In this document: positions 47,878 through 64,000 of the stretch, one piece after another
How the letters are laid out: every line of letters starts with the position of its first letter
How positions within the stretch are numbered: position 1 is the stretch's first letter
Assembly (NCBI RefSeq): GCF_009914755.1
Contig: NC_060943.1
Origin: the human T2T-CHM13v2.0 reference genome, Homo sapiens
Strand: one strand, 5' to 3'
Length of the DNA: 64,000 nucleotides
Notes under the pieces: model-generated
Databases searched by the model: none
What the model was told of the DNA's origin: nothing
Seen by the model: only the letters and a program-made list of their open reading frames with translations
Position numbers and translations under genes: made by a program

Positions 47878-48235
47878 CATCCTCCTCCTACTCCTCCCTG
47901 CTTTTCCTCCTTTCCCTGCCTTTCCTCCTCCTCCCCTTCTTCCTCCCCCTCCTCTTCCTCCTCTTTCTCTTCCTCCCCTTCCCCTCCTCCTCATTTTCCT
48001 ACTCCACATCCTAATCTTCCTCCCCTTCCCTCTCTTCCCCCTGCCCCCTCTTTCTCCTCCTTCTCCTCCCCTTCATCCTCCTACTCTTCCGCCCCCTCCT
48101 CCTCATTTTCCTTCTCCTCCTCCTAATCTTCCTCCCCCTTCTGCCCCCCTTCCTCCTACTGATCTTCCTCTTCTTCCTCTTCCTCTCCTTCCTCCTTCTC
48201 CTCCCTCCTCATCCTCCTCTTTGTCCTCTCCTTTT
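47878..48235. repeat. CT-rich low-complexity tract
   Basis: visible. Confidence 0.9.
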
Positions 48236-48251
48236 TCTAAAAAGCCTTTTA

Positions 48252-48733
<482 letters not shown>

Positions 48734-48886
48734 TTTTTATCTTTTTCATTTCTCTCTGAGGATTTCATATGATGTGGTCAAGTTAGTGTATAAGGCTGTT
48801 GTTCTACCTTTCTGTGGAACAGTGAAATACTGACAACCTTATTCTCTCTTCCCAGAAGAACACCATGGCTTAATCAAAAACTTCTT

Positions 48887-49190
<304 letters not shown>

Positions 49191-49245
49191 TCATAGGAGG
49201 AACTTCCAGAAAACCAACACCTAGTGTATATTTAAATATTCCTCC

Positions 49246-49538
49246 CGGCTGGGCACGGAGGCTCACGCCTGTAATCCCAACACTTTGGGAGGCCAAGGAG
49301 AGTGGATCACCTGAGGTCAGGAGTTCGAGACCAGCCTGGCCAACATGGTGAAACCCCGTCTCTACTACATTCAAAAAATTAGGTGCAGTGGCGGGCGCCT
49401 GTCATCCCAGCTACTCAGGAGGCTGAGGCAGGAGAATGGCTTGAACCCGGGAGGCAGAGGTTGCAGTGAGCTGAGATCTCGAGCCACTGCACTCCAGACT
49501 GGGCAACAAGAGTGAAACTCTGCCTCAAAAGAAAAAAA
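49246..49538 (+). mobile_element. Alu
   Basis: Alu dimer. Confidence 0.95.
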
Positions 49539-50429
49539 TTATATAGATATATTCCTCTTCTCAAGGAAAGAAGCCCCCACCACCCAGTCCCAGTTCCCTG
49601 AGACAGAAACTGGGGAATCCCTGACTCCCTGTCACACCCTGGACATCCAGCCGCCGGGGCTGCCAGGTACTTCTCCGGGTGGCTCCTGAGTCAGCTGAGA
49701 CTCAGGAGTGTGGTTCTCCCTCTGCCCACCCCTTGTGCTCTTCCCCCGGGACCCATTTCCCGCCACCTGCACCCACTATGCTTGACTTTCATCAGTTGTC
49801 CACACAGAACACGGACTGGAATTTCTTACAGGAAAATCTGAACCATGGCCCTCCCTTGCCTAAAACACCTCAAAGAATACACTTTGCATTTTATATAAAT
49901 ACTCGAATTCTTCTCAAGATTCACAAGCTGTTGGAGCTCTAGAATTTCTACATGGGAGGGAGTAAGAGTAGCAATTGAGCCACAATAGGGATGCTTGGAG
50001 GCTTGCCTTGAAGCTGTGTTCACAAAATGTTGTCACCAGTTGTGGGAGGGAGGAAGGAAGGAAGGAAAGAAGGAAGGAAAGGAGGGGGAAGGAGGGAAAA
50101 CGGCTTCTTTTACAGTATGTTTCTGTGGGTACACACACAGAAAGCAAGGTTATGAAATCATAAAGGTTATTCTTACATGTTATATCTCACTTATTATGCA
50201 TATGTTATATATCTCATTTATTTTAATCCTCATTCATTTTTACTTTAATTCAACACTATACAGAATTTTGGAAATGGGTTTGCAAGGCCCCCATAAAGTC
50301 ACTTAGTACAGGAACTAAAACCAATAGAAATTAGAGCCAAGGTTTTTAACCCCAGGAAAGGAGAGAGAAACTCATTTACAACTGGAGCCAGGGACATAAT
50401 CTAGGAAACAGACACCTAGTATTAAATAT

Positions 50430-50780
50430 GTTTATGAACATATTGAAAATGAACAGGCCCAGAATCCTGGCCACATTTTACTCTTTCCGAGAAAGCCATT
50501 CCCTTCCTGAGTGAGAAGGCGAGAGAGGGAGATTCAGAGAGATTTTGGGCTTCACCCTGGCATTCGGGACATTAATCAGGGAAAATTCCAAGTAGGTTGA
50601 TTTATCTGGCACTTGGCTGAATGTTGACATTCTTACAGCCTCGTCCAAAAAGCCGTGAGATTCCGGGAGAAACTTCCCTCTCATGGGAGCCCTCCTTTCA
50701 GTTTAAGTCTGGCCCAGATTCCTCTGTGAGCAACTGGAGCCAGGACCCTGCTGAACAGAGTTTCTCTGTGGGCACGAAGT
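50430..50780 (-). repeat. Y module copy Y6, inverted
   Basis: CCAGAATCCTGGCC..TTTCCGAGAAAGCCATTCCCTTCCTGA..CATTAATCAGGGAAAATTCC matches the reverse complements of Y2 (GGAATTTTTCCCTGATTAATG; GGCTTTCTCGGAAAGAG) and Y3. Confidence 0.8.
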
Positions 50781-51386
50781 GCACTCACCATTGCCTTTTC
50801 TCAGCTTGGTGTGAGAGGGTGTAAGTGTTCTTATCATCACAGACAGGCAAGACATTCCGTTTTTAAAAGGTAAAAAGCATTCTTAGCCCTCTAACTGCCA
50901 TGGTTTTCACACTCCTGAACTACAGTATAATTCCAATAGCACGTACATTTTATGTATGCATATATGCATATTTATAAGGCCAAGAAAATAAATAGCAAAA
51001 TAAAAATGTGATGACTTCCAGACTGAATATGAAGTAAAAACTGGTATTTTAAATTAAAAGCCTTAACAAATTTTATTCTCTTGGATCCAATAATTCTACA
51101 TCCAATCAAGTATGAAAGAAAAGGTACATGCTTCTTACCACATAGAGACAATGAGATACCACCTCGGCCCCATCGGCAGGGCTACTGTCAAAACAAACCA
51201 ACCAACCAACAAACAAACAAACCCAGAAAATAGCAAGTGTTGGAGAGGATGTGGAGAACCTGGAACCCTGTGCCTGGCAGGTGGGACTGCGCTTCTGATA
51301 GGGTATTCATAAAGCAGAAAAATGCCAGAGCTTGGGCAACATCCACAAAGCTCTCACCTCACTTGTAATCCAAAAACTGGATGCCA

Positions 51387-51690
51387 GACCAGGTGTGGTG
51401 GCTCATACCTATAATCCCAGCAATTTGGGAGGCTGAGGCAGGAGGATTTCTTGAGCAGAGGAGTTCGAGACCAGCCTGGACAACATAGTGAAGCCCCATC
51501 TCTACAAAAAATACAAAAATTAGCCGGGCATGATGGTGCTCATCTGTGGTCCCAGCTACTTAGGAGGCTGAGGTGGAAGGATCAGCCTAGGAGTTTGAGG
51601 CTGCAGTGAGCCAAGATTGTACCACTGCACTCCAGCCTGGGCAACAGAGTGAGACCCTATCTCAAAAAAAAAAAAAAGAAAAAAAGAAAA
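51387..51690 (+). mobile_element. AluJ-like
   Basis: Alu dimer. Confidence 0.95.
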
Positions 51691-52019
51691 GAGGATACCC
51701 AAACCGAATTGAACCACAGTTTCCACTGTATCCTATGGGTGAAGATGAAAATGCAGTTGGCAGGGGCTGGGGCAGGCACGTGTGTGACATACTGCGTCTG
51801 TTCAGCATTTTGGGGAATGAGTTCAGACTTTAAAATATGTTCACTCTTTGACCCAGCGGTTCTGCCCCTGAGTGCACAGGACCCCTAGTCCCCACCTTGT
51901 GGTCATTACAGTGATGTTTATGAGGCGACTCATTAAAAGAAGGGATGTCGTGGCTGGCAGTCAACAGAAGAAAGCAATTTTGTATAAAACAACGTGTGTT
52001 TCTTCAGCATCCTGAACGC

Positions 52020-52370
52020 CATGGGTCGGGGTCCCCAGGGGCACCTCCAAGTTTCATGACTCACTGGAAGGACTCACAGCAAAAGAATGAAAAGCAAAGT
52101 CAGCGAGGGGGAATGGCACCGAGAGCCCTCTTCGCGGGAGTCACACAGGAGGCACCGATTCCTCCAGCAAGGAGTTGCAACAACACCTGTGAAATGTCAT
52201 CTGCTGAGGAACTCATTAGAGACTCGATGTCCGGGGCACTTACTTGGGGCTGGTCACACAGGCACCTGCTGCCTGGCATCTACCAGAATTCCAGACGCCC
52301 AGTAGGAAGGCGGCTATTTAGCATAAACCATGCTATTTGCATAAACAGTGTGGACACAGTGAGACACCAG
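52020..52370. mobile_element. ERVL-type LTR fragment (MER77/MER21 group)
   Basis: GACTCACT.GAAGGACTCACAG..TTCCTCCAGCAA.GAGTTG..GGGGCTGGTCAC..AATTCCAGAC.CCCAG..AGCATAAACCAT. Confidence 0.55.
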
Positions 52371-52573
52371 CCCAAGGGCCAACCTGCTACATAAAATCTT
52401 TCATTGCCCGTCGTAATAGCAAGATAAACCAGGATAAAGACTTATGTATAGACTTAAATCCCAACGCTGAGTAAAAATATTCCATTTACTCATTTTTTTC
52501 TTCACAATCTAGTGATGCTTGATGATGGTCACATGAAAAAGAGCAAACATAGTGGATGCCCCTGCCTTCCTGA

Positions 52574-52893
<320 letters not shown>

Positions 52894-52975
52894 TGAAACC
52901 TCCCTTTTAAACCACAATTTGGGAAAGCAATTTGGTCCCATCTAGAAAACTGTTTATGGTTTGAAAATGCACGTA

Positions 52976-53122
52976 CCCAGAATCCTGGCCACATTTTACT
53001 CTTTCTGAGAAAGCCATTCCCTTCGTGAGTGAGAAGGCGAGAGAGAGATTTAGAGAGACTTTGGGCTTCACTCTAGCATGTGGGTCATTAATCAGGGAAA
53101 TTCCGAGTAGGTTATAAATCTG
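52976..53122 (-). repeat. partial duplicate of Y6 (50457-50605)
   Basis: CCCAGAATCCTGGCCACATTTTACTCTTTC.GAGAAAGCCATTCCCTTC.TGAGTGAGAAGGCGAGAGAG shared. Confidence 0.95.
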
Positions 53123-53469
53123 TGCTTTTCCTCTCCCCCAGCAGCTCCATTCCTAGAAGTTTCACCAGAGCAAAGTCTCCCACGTTTGGGCGAAGGAGAG
53201 AAGTACATGTAGCAAGCACCAGCTCTGTGCTGTTTCAGGGTTGTTTGTAACAGCAGAAAATCCTGGGGCCATCGACAGGAGAAGAGATGAGTGGATCCTG
53301 CTGTGTTCCCCTAGTCGGATACTCTGTAGCCATTTAAGTGGATGACTGAGTGCCATGTGCACCCGCACGGATACGCGTCAAGGCAGTGATGATGTTTGAG
53401 GATGACACGTCTCAATACCGCGCAGCTAGTCTCACCACCCAGTCACTCTCTGTCTCAGTCGACTCAGGC

Positions 53470-54205
<736 letters not shown>

Positions 54206-54489
54206 ACTGTCTATGTTCCTCATTGTATGAAGAACTGAAATTGTTTCCTGACAGCTTTGCAATTCCTGACAGTTTTGAGCTTTATCCACCAAAATCTACC
54301 TGGCAAGGAGAGCTAGGTGCATGCCATTCTCCCTAGAATCGAACACTGATCAGTTCTGGTTTTGCCTTGCAAGGAAGAAACATTCCTTACAGCACAGAGA
54401 GTGCAGGTGGGGATGGGAAACACGTTTTGTTCTTTTCCTGAGCTCATGTTGTGTTCCTTGTATGCTGGGACATTTTCAAACCCACGCAT

Positions 54490-54640
54490 GCTCACCTCTG
54501 GAGCCTGGACATTGCCCAGCCCTGAGCCTCTCTCAGCAGCCCCTTCCTGGCTCCCACACAAGCTGCAGTTTCCATGGCAACAGGCAGAGCTGGCCTTTGT
54601 CCTTGGAGCCTCCCGGTGAGAGGTCTTTAGGGAAAACAGG
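54490..54640 (-). promoter_or_regulatory. P module copy E with consensus RFX X-box and 5' splice-site-like sequence
   Basis: Minus strand: TTTTCCCTAAAGAC..GTTGCCATGGAAAC (54568-54581)..AATGTCCAGGCTCCAGAG/GTGAGC. Confidence 0.7.
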
Positions 54641-54894
54641 CTGGAGCAATGGACAACAAAATTAAACAGCATGGGGCCCCGAGGCGTGTTCTTTCCTATA
54701 ATTAAACTGCACCCTTGGACATTTGTAGAATGCCATAAATTGGCTGTACCCTGCTCAGCATTCCAAGTCCCCTGCAAGCATCATAATCAACCATTATCTG
54801 CTTTCATCATTTGTTTCTTCATTTGTCCATGCATTAACCATTGATTTTACCCCAACAGTAGTAGCAGACACGCTTCTAGAAAATGGAGATCTTG

Positions 54895-55120
54895 CAGAGG
54901 TTTCTAACCAGGGACCATTTTGCTTACAAAGAGGCATTCGGAAATACTTTCAGTCGGCACAGCTGGAAGGGGTGGGTTCTATTAGCCTTGAGTGGGTAGA
55001 GGCCAGAGGTGCTGCTAAACATCCCATAGTGTACAGAACAGCCAACCCCTGCCGACCCCGACACACAAGGAGGAATGTTCTGGCCCCACAAGTCAGGAGT
55101 GCCCTGGCCGAGAAACCCTG
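54895..55120. mobile_element. MER20-type
   Basis: AGTGGGTAGAGGCCAG.G.TGCTGCTAAACATCC..GAGAAACCCTG. Confidence 0.7.
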
Positions 55121-55936
55121 GGATACAGTGATTTGCAAGAACCCACAATGAAAACCCTTGAGGCACGTACGCTCTAGGGAAGGAGACAGCTCATGAAATA
55201 TAATGCATGTGCCATAATGAAGAATCAGAGATAGTAGGAGAGAGAGCAACTGGGGCGAAGGAGATGGAGCAGCCAGGGCTGTCTTCTCCCAGGCTGTGAT
55301 AAGTGAAGAGAGACGAGTAAGGGGAGGAAGCAGTCCTGGGGAAAGAACACTGGGGAGTGGGCACAGCAGGTGCCAAGGCCCTGGGGCAGAAACACACGGA
55401 GTGCATTCTGGGAAGGATGAGGAGACCAAGATGGCTGAAGTCCTGTTAGGGAGAGTCAAGGAGAGAAGGAAGGGATGTTGGATCAAGAAGGTCCTTGTAG
55501 GTGGTAAGGACTTGGGATTTATAATTTAGCTGTTAAAATTAGGAATTATGAGCATCATCAATATTAACTGAGCATTTACTCCATGCCGGGCTTTCTGTAG
55601 AGCACTGAGATTCCTAGGGCCTGGAAGCCGGCTTAGCTAATGGGAGAGAGTGGAGGAGGTCAAACAGACAGTCACGTAGAGATAAACTTCAAAGAGAACA
55701 AATACTTTGTCCAGGGACACTCTGGGCTGTGTGGCCACTAGGGCAGGGGTGGACATGAGAGGAGGCTGCGATTAGGGCACTAGCCAGGGAGAGAGGCAGC
55801 ATGGATGTGTTTTGGATGGTGGAACTGTTAACTGAGACAAAGGATTTTTGTATTTTTAGAATCAGCAGTTTCAAATTTAGGATGGGGCCAGGGTTGCCAA
55901 TAGATACACCATCAACATTATCATTACAATCATTAC

Positions 55937-56071
55937 TTATTTTTATTTTATTTTATTTATTTATTTATTAGAGGCAGGGTCTTTCTCTGTCACCCAGGCT
56001 GGAGTGCAGGGCTGTGATCATAGCTCACTGCAGCCTCAAACTCATGGGCTCAAGCCATCCTCCCACCTCAT
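55937..56071 (-). mobile_element. Alu right monomer
   Basis: antisense monomer. Confidence 0.85.
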
Positions 56072-56614
56072 CACGACTATGATAATGAAGTAATTAATAT
56101 GTATTATACTTGTTCTGCACGTAGCTTTCTACTGGATGCCCGTGGCACGGCATATCTGCAGGGCAGGCGTGATCACCTTCCCACATTCCTGATGAGGCCT
56201 CTGAGGCACAGAGAGGAAAGGGGTGGCCTCCTCTCATTCTGTCTGACTGTGGAATCAGACTAGCCTGGACAGAATCCATCACACCACGGCCACCTAATCC
56301 TCTGAGCCACAGCTTCCTCATTTGTAAAAAAAAAAAAAGAAGAAGACCTCGCTCCCAGGGTCGGCATGAGAATTAAATGAACAAGGGAATAATGGCCACA
56401 CAGCAAGCTCAATAAACAACAGCACAAAACACTCAGTCATCAAGATAAACAATATTTTCATGCAGTATTTGAAAAAAAAATTCATGTACAAAAAAACGTG
56501 ATAAACAAAATATTAAAAATTTAAATAAAGACAGGACCCTATGAGACTGTGCTGAGCTACATCAGACCCTCAGGCAAAAGGAAAAGTGCGTATGACCCTA
56601 AGCATGTTGCTACT

Positions 56615-56748
<134 letters not shown>

Positions 56749-56959
56749 TAATGGTTATTTTCCAGAAATAGATTTTGAAAATATTATTGATGAGTCCGCT
56801 TCCACTGAGGCCAGGAAAATAAAATTATAATAAATTCTATTTTTAACACATAAAATTAACATAAGACATTGCGAGTTTAATATAGCTATTTTTCCTTTTT
56901 TCAACATTTTTAAAACTAATATTCTGTGGGGGTGGGGAGTGAACCATTAAATAATTACA

Positions 56960-57413
56960 GGCTGCGTGAGAGAGCTCACACCTGTAATACCAGCATGTTG
57001 GAAGGCTGAGGCGGGTGGATTACTTGAGACCAGGAGTTCAAGACCAGACTAGGCAAGATAGAAAGACTCTATCTCTACAGAAAATTTTTAAAAAGTCAGA
57101 AATGGTGTTGCACATCTGTAGTCCCAGCTACTTTGGAAGCTGAAATGGGAGGCTTGCTTGAGGCCAGGAGGTCGAGGCTGAAGCAATCTTCAAGAACAAA
57201 TATTTGCTCAGGGACTTCTCTGGGCTGTGTGGCCACTAGGTCAAGAGTGGGCTGTGGACATGATAGGAGGCTACGATTAGGGTAATAGCCAAGGACAGAG
57301 GCAGGAATGGATGAATTTTGGATGGTAATACTATTCACCGAGTCACCACTGCACTCCAGCTTGGGCAACAGAGCGAAACCCAGTCTCTACCAAAAAAAAA
57401 AAAAAAAAAAAAA
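56960..57413 (+). mobile_element. AluJ-like carrying a ~155-bp non-Alu insert (57188-57342)
   Basis: Right monomer broken between GAGGCTG and CACCACTGCACTCC. Confidence 0.9.
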
Positions 57414-57729
57414 ATTGCACAAACACACGGATATAGGGAATCACACTTTTTTTTTTGGCCTCGGGCTTCAGTACAGCTCAGCACACATTGGGTTTGATTT
57501 AAATTTTGAGTATTTGTTCATCCATTATGGGGGGTTGCTTTCTGCGTTCATTTTGGTTTTCAAAACCATTGTGTTAAATATTGTTTATCTTAAATAAAAT
57601 TAACCATACTCACCATGTGGTATAATCCCCGGAACGTATTCCTCCTTCATGACTGAAATTTTGTGTCTTTGGACCAACATCTCCTGTCCCTGAACCCCTC
57701 AGCTTTCTGGATGACTGTGCACCTCTGTA

Positions 57730-58400
57730 AGCCTCTTCCTAATCCCCAGGTCTGCCTTTGAGGATATGACCTTTGAGCTGAAACGTGAAAATTGGGAAAG
57801 AAACAGCCATGGGGACTGTGGGGAAAGGAAATTCCAATTAGAGGAAAGGCAAGAGTGAAGGTCTTGGGGCAGGAAGCTTTTTCAGGGACAGTGAGGACAG
57901 CATGGCCAGGGGGTGGTGGGTAAGGAAAGCAGCAGACAAGAGCCAGGTTGCCACCGACCTTGTGGGCCAACCACGGGTAGCTTTCCTTTTAATCCAAGTG
58001 TTCTAGAGCCACCGATCTAGGCTCAGTTGGCATGGAAGGTGGGTGAGAGAATGACATTATCTGACTCATTTGCAGAAGGTCTGCAGCTTGATTTTTTTGG
58101 AGGATAGACTTATCATGGGGACAGGAGTGACCCTCATCATCAAGATGTGATAGTTATCTAGGGAGAGGTGTTGGTACCTGGACGAAGGTGAACAGAAGTG
58201 GATTGAATCTCATTACGTCATGAGAGTGAGAAGCACAGAGGATGACAGAGGATGATGTCTACGTTTCGAGTTTGGGCTCTTGCAGACTGGGTAGTGCCTT
58301 TTATAGAGACTGGGGAGACTTGGGGGTGAGGAGTAGAATTTTGAGGGGGACTGACAATTTTGATGTGAACGCGTTGGCTGAAGATGCCAATTTGACATCC
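57730..58400. mobile_element. L2 fragments
   Basis: TTTGAGCTGA..CAGCCATG..GGGAAAG..ATTCCA..AGAGGAA; TTGTGGGCCA; GACTGGGTAGTGCC. Confidence 0.5.
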
Positions 58401-59415
58401 ATGAAGAGGACCTGTCCCGAAGCCTCACATTGCTAAACCCCAGAAAATATCAGTTTTGCCAGCCCAATAGATAACATCAGGGGATTCTATTTTTTGCATG
58501 TTTTCTCCTCAAGAGTCCAAGGATAACCCACTGAGTCCGCTCCTGATCTGAACCTCTGAGGTATTGCCAGGCCTGGTGTCCTAAACATCAGCCCATGAGG
58601 AAATCAGCCCTGGGCCCTGTACCACCAACACAACATCATGTCCTGTATCCCCAAAACATGCAAAAGTCTCATGAACATGCACATCCTCTGTGCTTCCCTC
58701 CCCTGAACCACCCTCATCCTCCTTTCTAGGTCCTTACTGCCACGCACGCGTGCAGTCTCATGAAAAAGGGGAATACTGTGACCGCCCCTGTTTCCAAACG
58801 GATATTGGGCCTCTTTTCAAGCGTACGTTTTCAGTTTACACTTTCAGAGTTTGTTGATTTGTGAGTTCAAGGCCCTCTCTGCCCTGCGGAGAGCACGGAA
58901 ATTCCTGGAACTGGGGGCGTGTGTGAAGGGGACGTTGTCAACGCTAGGACAGAGAAGAAAGCCGCTCATTTTGATGTGTCAGAGCGGTGGGGGGTGGGGC
59001 TTCCAGCCCCTGGCATCTCAGCCCTATCCTTCCTTCCTGCACTGTGCTTCTCACAAACAGCAGGGGCTTGTGTTACTTTGAGTCGACAGCCTCATTCACG
59101 ACACTCTCACAGAATAGTGCCCGTCTGTGCTCAGCACATGCCCGTAAAACAGGATTCCCCAAACACGTCCATAGGTAACTGTAAATCATTTAGAAGAATC
59201 TAAAGTGTGAATTTTGTAAACTGAAGCTACGTGCATGTATACACGTGTGTGTTTGTGTATATCATATATACACATTAATGTTATTATTATTATTTGCAAT
59301 ACCCAGCATCGCATAATAGGTGGGATAATGCAGATGCCACTCCAAGCCAAATCTCCTGGCCCCACCGGTCATAAGCTTACCTCTGTAGGGAAGAAAAGGT
59401 TTCTTTTTGGCAGTG

Positions 59416-59714
59416 GTTTGTTGTTTGTTTGTTTGTTTTGAGACAGGGTCTTATTCTGCGGCACTGGTTGGAATGCAGTGGTGCGGTCACTGAAGCCTCG
59501 ACCTCCTGGGCTCAAGTGATCCTCCCACCTCAGCCTCCCAAGTAGCTGGGGCTACAGATACGCACCACAACGCCCAGTTAATTTTTGTATTTTTTGTACA
59601 GATGGGGTTTTGCCATATTGCCTAGGCTGATCTGTAACTCCTGAGCTCAAGCGATCTGCCTACCTCAGCCTCCCAAAGTGCTGGGATTGCAGGCATGGGC
59701 CAGTGTGCCTGGCC
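59416..59714 (-). mobile_element. AluJ-like
   Basis: antisense Alu dimer. Confidence 0.95.
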
Positions 59715-59719
59715 TCTTT

Positions 59720-60180
59720 TTCCTCACCAATTGCTAGGTTCATGACTGAGGCCCCTGTAACACAAGACAGATCAACCAAAAAAAAAAATCATACAGATTT
59801 ATTTAGTATAAGTTTTATGTGACACGGGAGCCTTCCACAAGGAAATAAAGACCCAAAGAAACAGAAAAACGTGTATATTTGATGCTGGTCTGATGAAGAA
59901 GTGGATGGCTGTGGAGAAGTATTTGACAGAGGCAGTGTGCTCTCATGCTACAAGAGTGAGAGAGTGAGGGGAGCTTTTCAAGGCCTGTTTGTTCAGATTC
60001 AGTGTCTTCAGAGATAAGGATGCTCCTCTCCTACGGGTACAGAGAGGGCACGCTGGAATGACAGTCTTACAATTGCTTCAGAGAGAAGGACGAGGAAAGC
60101 TGAGACAGGCATTTCTGCTCATGCTGTTTTCTCAAATGCCAACGTGCCATATTTCAGGGTACCATGTCCCGAGCCCCACC
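59720..60180. mobile_element. ERV1 (MER4-group) LTR
   Basis: GGTTCATG.CTGAG.CCCCT..AAGACAGAT..TAAGTTTTA.GTGACACGGGAGCCTTC..GACCCAAAG..TTTGTTCAGATTC. Confidence 0.55.
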
Positions 60181-60348
60181 ATCTCCTAGGTAGGAATTCA
60201 GGATTTTGGTGTTTGTCCTACTAGTAATGGGAACCCAACAGGAAGGGAATTCCAAGTGTGAGAATTCCAGCCAAAGCCCAGGGTATTCCAGGGACCCCTC
60301 AGTAAGCTGTTGCAACACTCGGAGCCAGGAGATGCTGGTGGCCGGTAG

Positions 60349-61246
<898 letters not shown>

Positions 61247-61300
61247 TAAAATACATTTTATAGCCTATAAGAGTGTCTCATTTCAAGCACAGACCACAGG

Positions 61301-62683
61301 CCTGGTATACAGTAGGTGCTTACTACAGCCTTGTCGATCTGAATTCTATCAGCTCTTCTCAACAGTTCTATAAATCAAGAACAATGGGTGTTCAGGACTC
61401 TAAACTTCCATACAAATTCTCTGGACATCCCCTTCCAGCAAGGTGCTGTTCCCACCCCTCCAGAAAAACATTCTGTAGCTCCTACTGATTATGGGCCATG
61501 AGAAGGAGTGGGAGTTTTATTCTGAGAAAATAGTAAGAACTGATTGCAGAGTTAGGCACGGGAGGCGGATGCTCCGATTTTCCTTTGAAAAGGATCAGGG
61601 CCTTTCGAAAAGCAATTGCGGACTTTCAAGGGCAGACGATCTCTGGTCACGGGGTTGTTTGTGCAGCGGGGCCTTCAGGACGAGATGGATGGGACGTGTG
61701 GGCTGCGGGGCAAGGCCGAGCCAGGCTGACGTCGCGGAAAGCAGAGAACTGATGAATGGAGGCTGGCTGTCTTCCTTGAGACCGGGATCGTATTTTCAAG
61801 TGTTTGGGTGGCAGAGGCGTTTTAGAGGGAGAGAGAGCCAAGAATAACCAGTCCATGGGCAGAGAAAAAGGCAGTTCCTGAAAGGGAGGGATAACAAGCT
61901 CACACACACAGAGCTGGGAGTGGTGCCCAGACGCCTCTCCCATTCCTGGACCCTTAGTTGTCTTTTATTTATTTATCTATTTATTTATTTTTTTGAGACA
62001 GGGTCTTGCTCTGTTGCTCAGGCTGGAGTACAGTGGTGCAGTCACAGCTCACTGTAGCCTCTGCCGCCCAGGCTCAAGCGATCCTCCCACCTCAGCCTAC
62101 TGAGTAGCTGGGACCACGGACACATGCTGCCACACCCAGTTAACTTTTTTGCATTTTGTCGGTAGACACATGGTCTCACCATGTTACCCAGACTGGTCTC
62201 AAACTCCTGGACTCAAAAATGATCCTCCTGCCTCGGCCTCACAAAGAGCTGGGGTACAAGTGTGAGCCACCCACCAGCCCTCAGTTGTCCCATCCATCTC
62301 ATCCTGAAGGCCCCGCTGCACAAACAACCCTGTGACCAGAGAACGTCTGTCCTTGAAATTCCGCAGTTGCTTTTCGAAAGGCCCTGATCCTTTTCAAAGG
62401 AAAATCGGAGCATCCGCCTCCCGTGCCTAACTCTGCAATCAGTTCTTACTATTTTCTCAGAATAAAACTCCCACTCCTTCTCATGGCCCATAATCAGTAG
62501 GAGCTACAGAATGCTTTTCTGGAGGGGCTTGGAACAGCAGCCTTGCTGGAAAGGGACGTCCGGAGAATTTGCATTAGCGCTTAGAGTCCTGAACACCCGT
62601 TGTTCTTGCTGTATAGAAACGTTGAGAAGAGCTGATAGAATTCAGATCGACAAGGCTGTAGTAAGCACCTACTGTATACCAGG
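61301..62683. repeat. inverted repeat, ~395-bp arms (61301-61695 / 62287-62683), ~590-bp spacer
   Basis: Arms are reverse complements; same MGHEKEWEFYSEK.. ORF on both strands. Confidence 0.95.
61963..62272 (-). mobile_element. AluJ-like in the spacer of the inverted repeat
   Basis: antisense Alu dimer. Confidence 0.9.
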
Positions 62684-63885
<1,202 letters not shown>

Positions 63886-64000
63886 TGTACATGAACCACT
63901 GGTGAGGTCTCTGCGGGGTTAATCGTCTTCATCTCCGCTTCCTTGCAGGTCTGACATCAGTAGCGCTTCCATTTCCACTCAGCAACATTTACCTGGTTTT

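Noticed and set aside
61491-62491. Duplicated MGHEKEWEF.. ORF pair as paralogous genes
   Set aside because: By-product of the inverted repeat over L2-derived sequence.
63930-64000. Acceptor-like CTTCCTTGCAG/G near the window end
   Set aside because: Isolated motif; too little downstream sequence to support an exon.

Overview
Primate (human-like) Alu-rich non-coding DNA. I can support no protein-coding gene: every long ORF is explained by Alu, L1, NUMT or tandem-repeat sequence. Known-type content is about 48 Alu elements or fragments, L1/L2 remnants, MaLR/ERV LTRs, hAT and Tigger DNA-transposon fossils, an ND4-tRNA(His,Ser,Leu)-ND5 NUMT inside a MER21-type LTR, a very CpG-rich 29-bp minisatellite (~46 copies) and a 58-bp minisatellite. 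The main unexpected result appears once the younger repeats are set aside. The remaining 'unique' DNA is a degenerate, ancient array of at least 7 (possibly 8) paralogous units. Each unit reads P module (TTCCCTCAAGA-like box, RFX X-box palindrome, TTCCAGGCTC box) > antisense old L1 remnant > Y module (~400 bp) > Z motif > L2 remnant. Four units face right (Y at ~6.3, 16.3, 24.4, 30.3 kb) and three face left (Y at ~36.7, 43.0, 50.5 kb), converging at ~33-36 kb. I infer, but cannot prove from sequence, a cluster of RFX-driven germline or ciliated-cell non-coding transcription units such as piRNA/lncRNA precursors, or the remains of a dead gene family. The window also has a 395-bp inverted repeat with patchy identity, a fold-back Alu pair, a perfect 23-bp hairpin and three short locally templated duplications. 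Alignments were made by eye; repeat subfamily names and boundaries are approximate.
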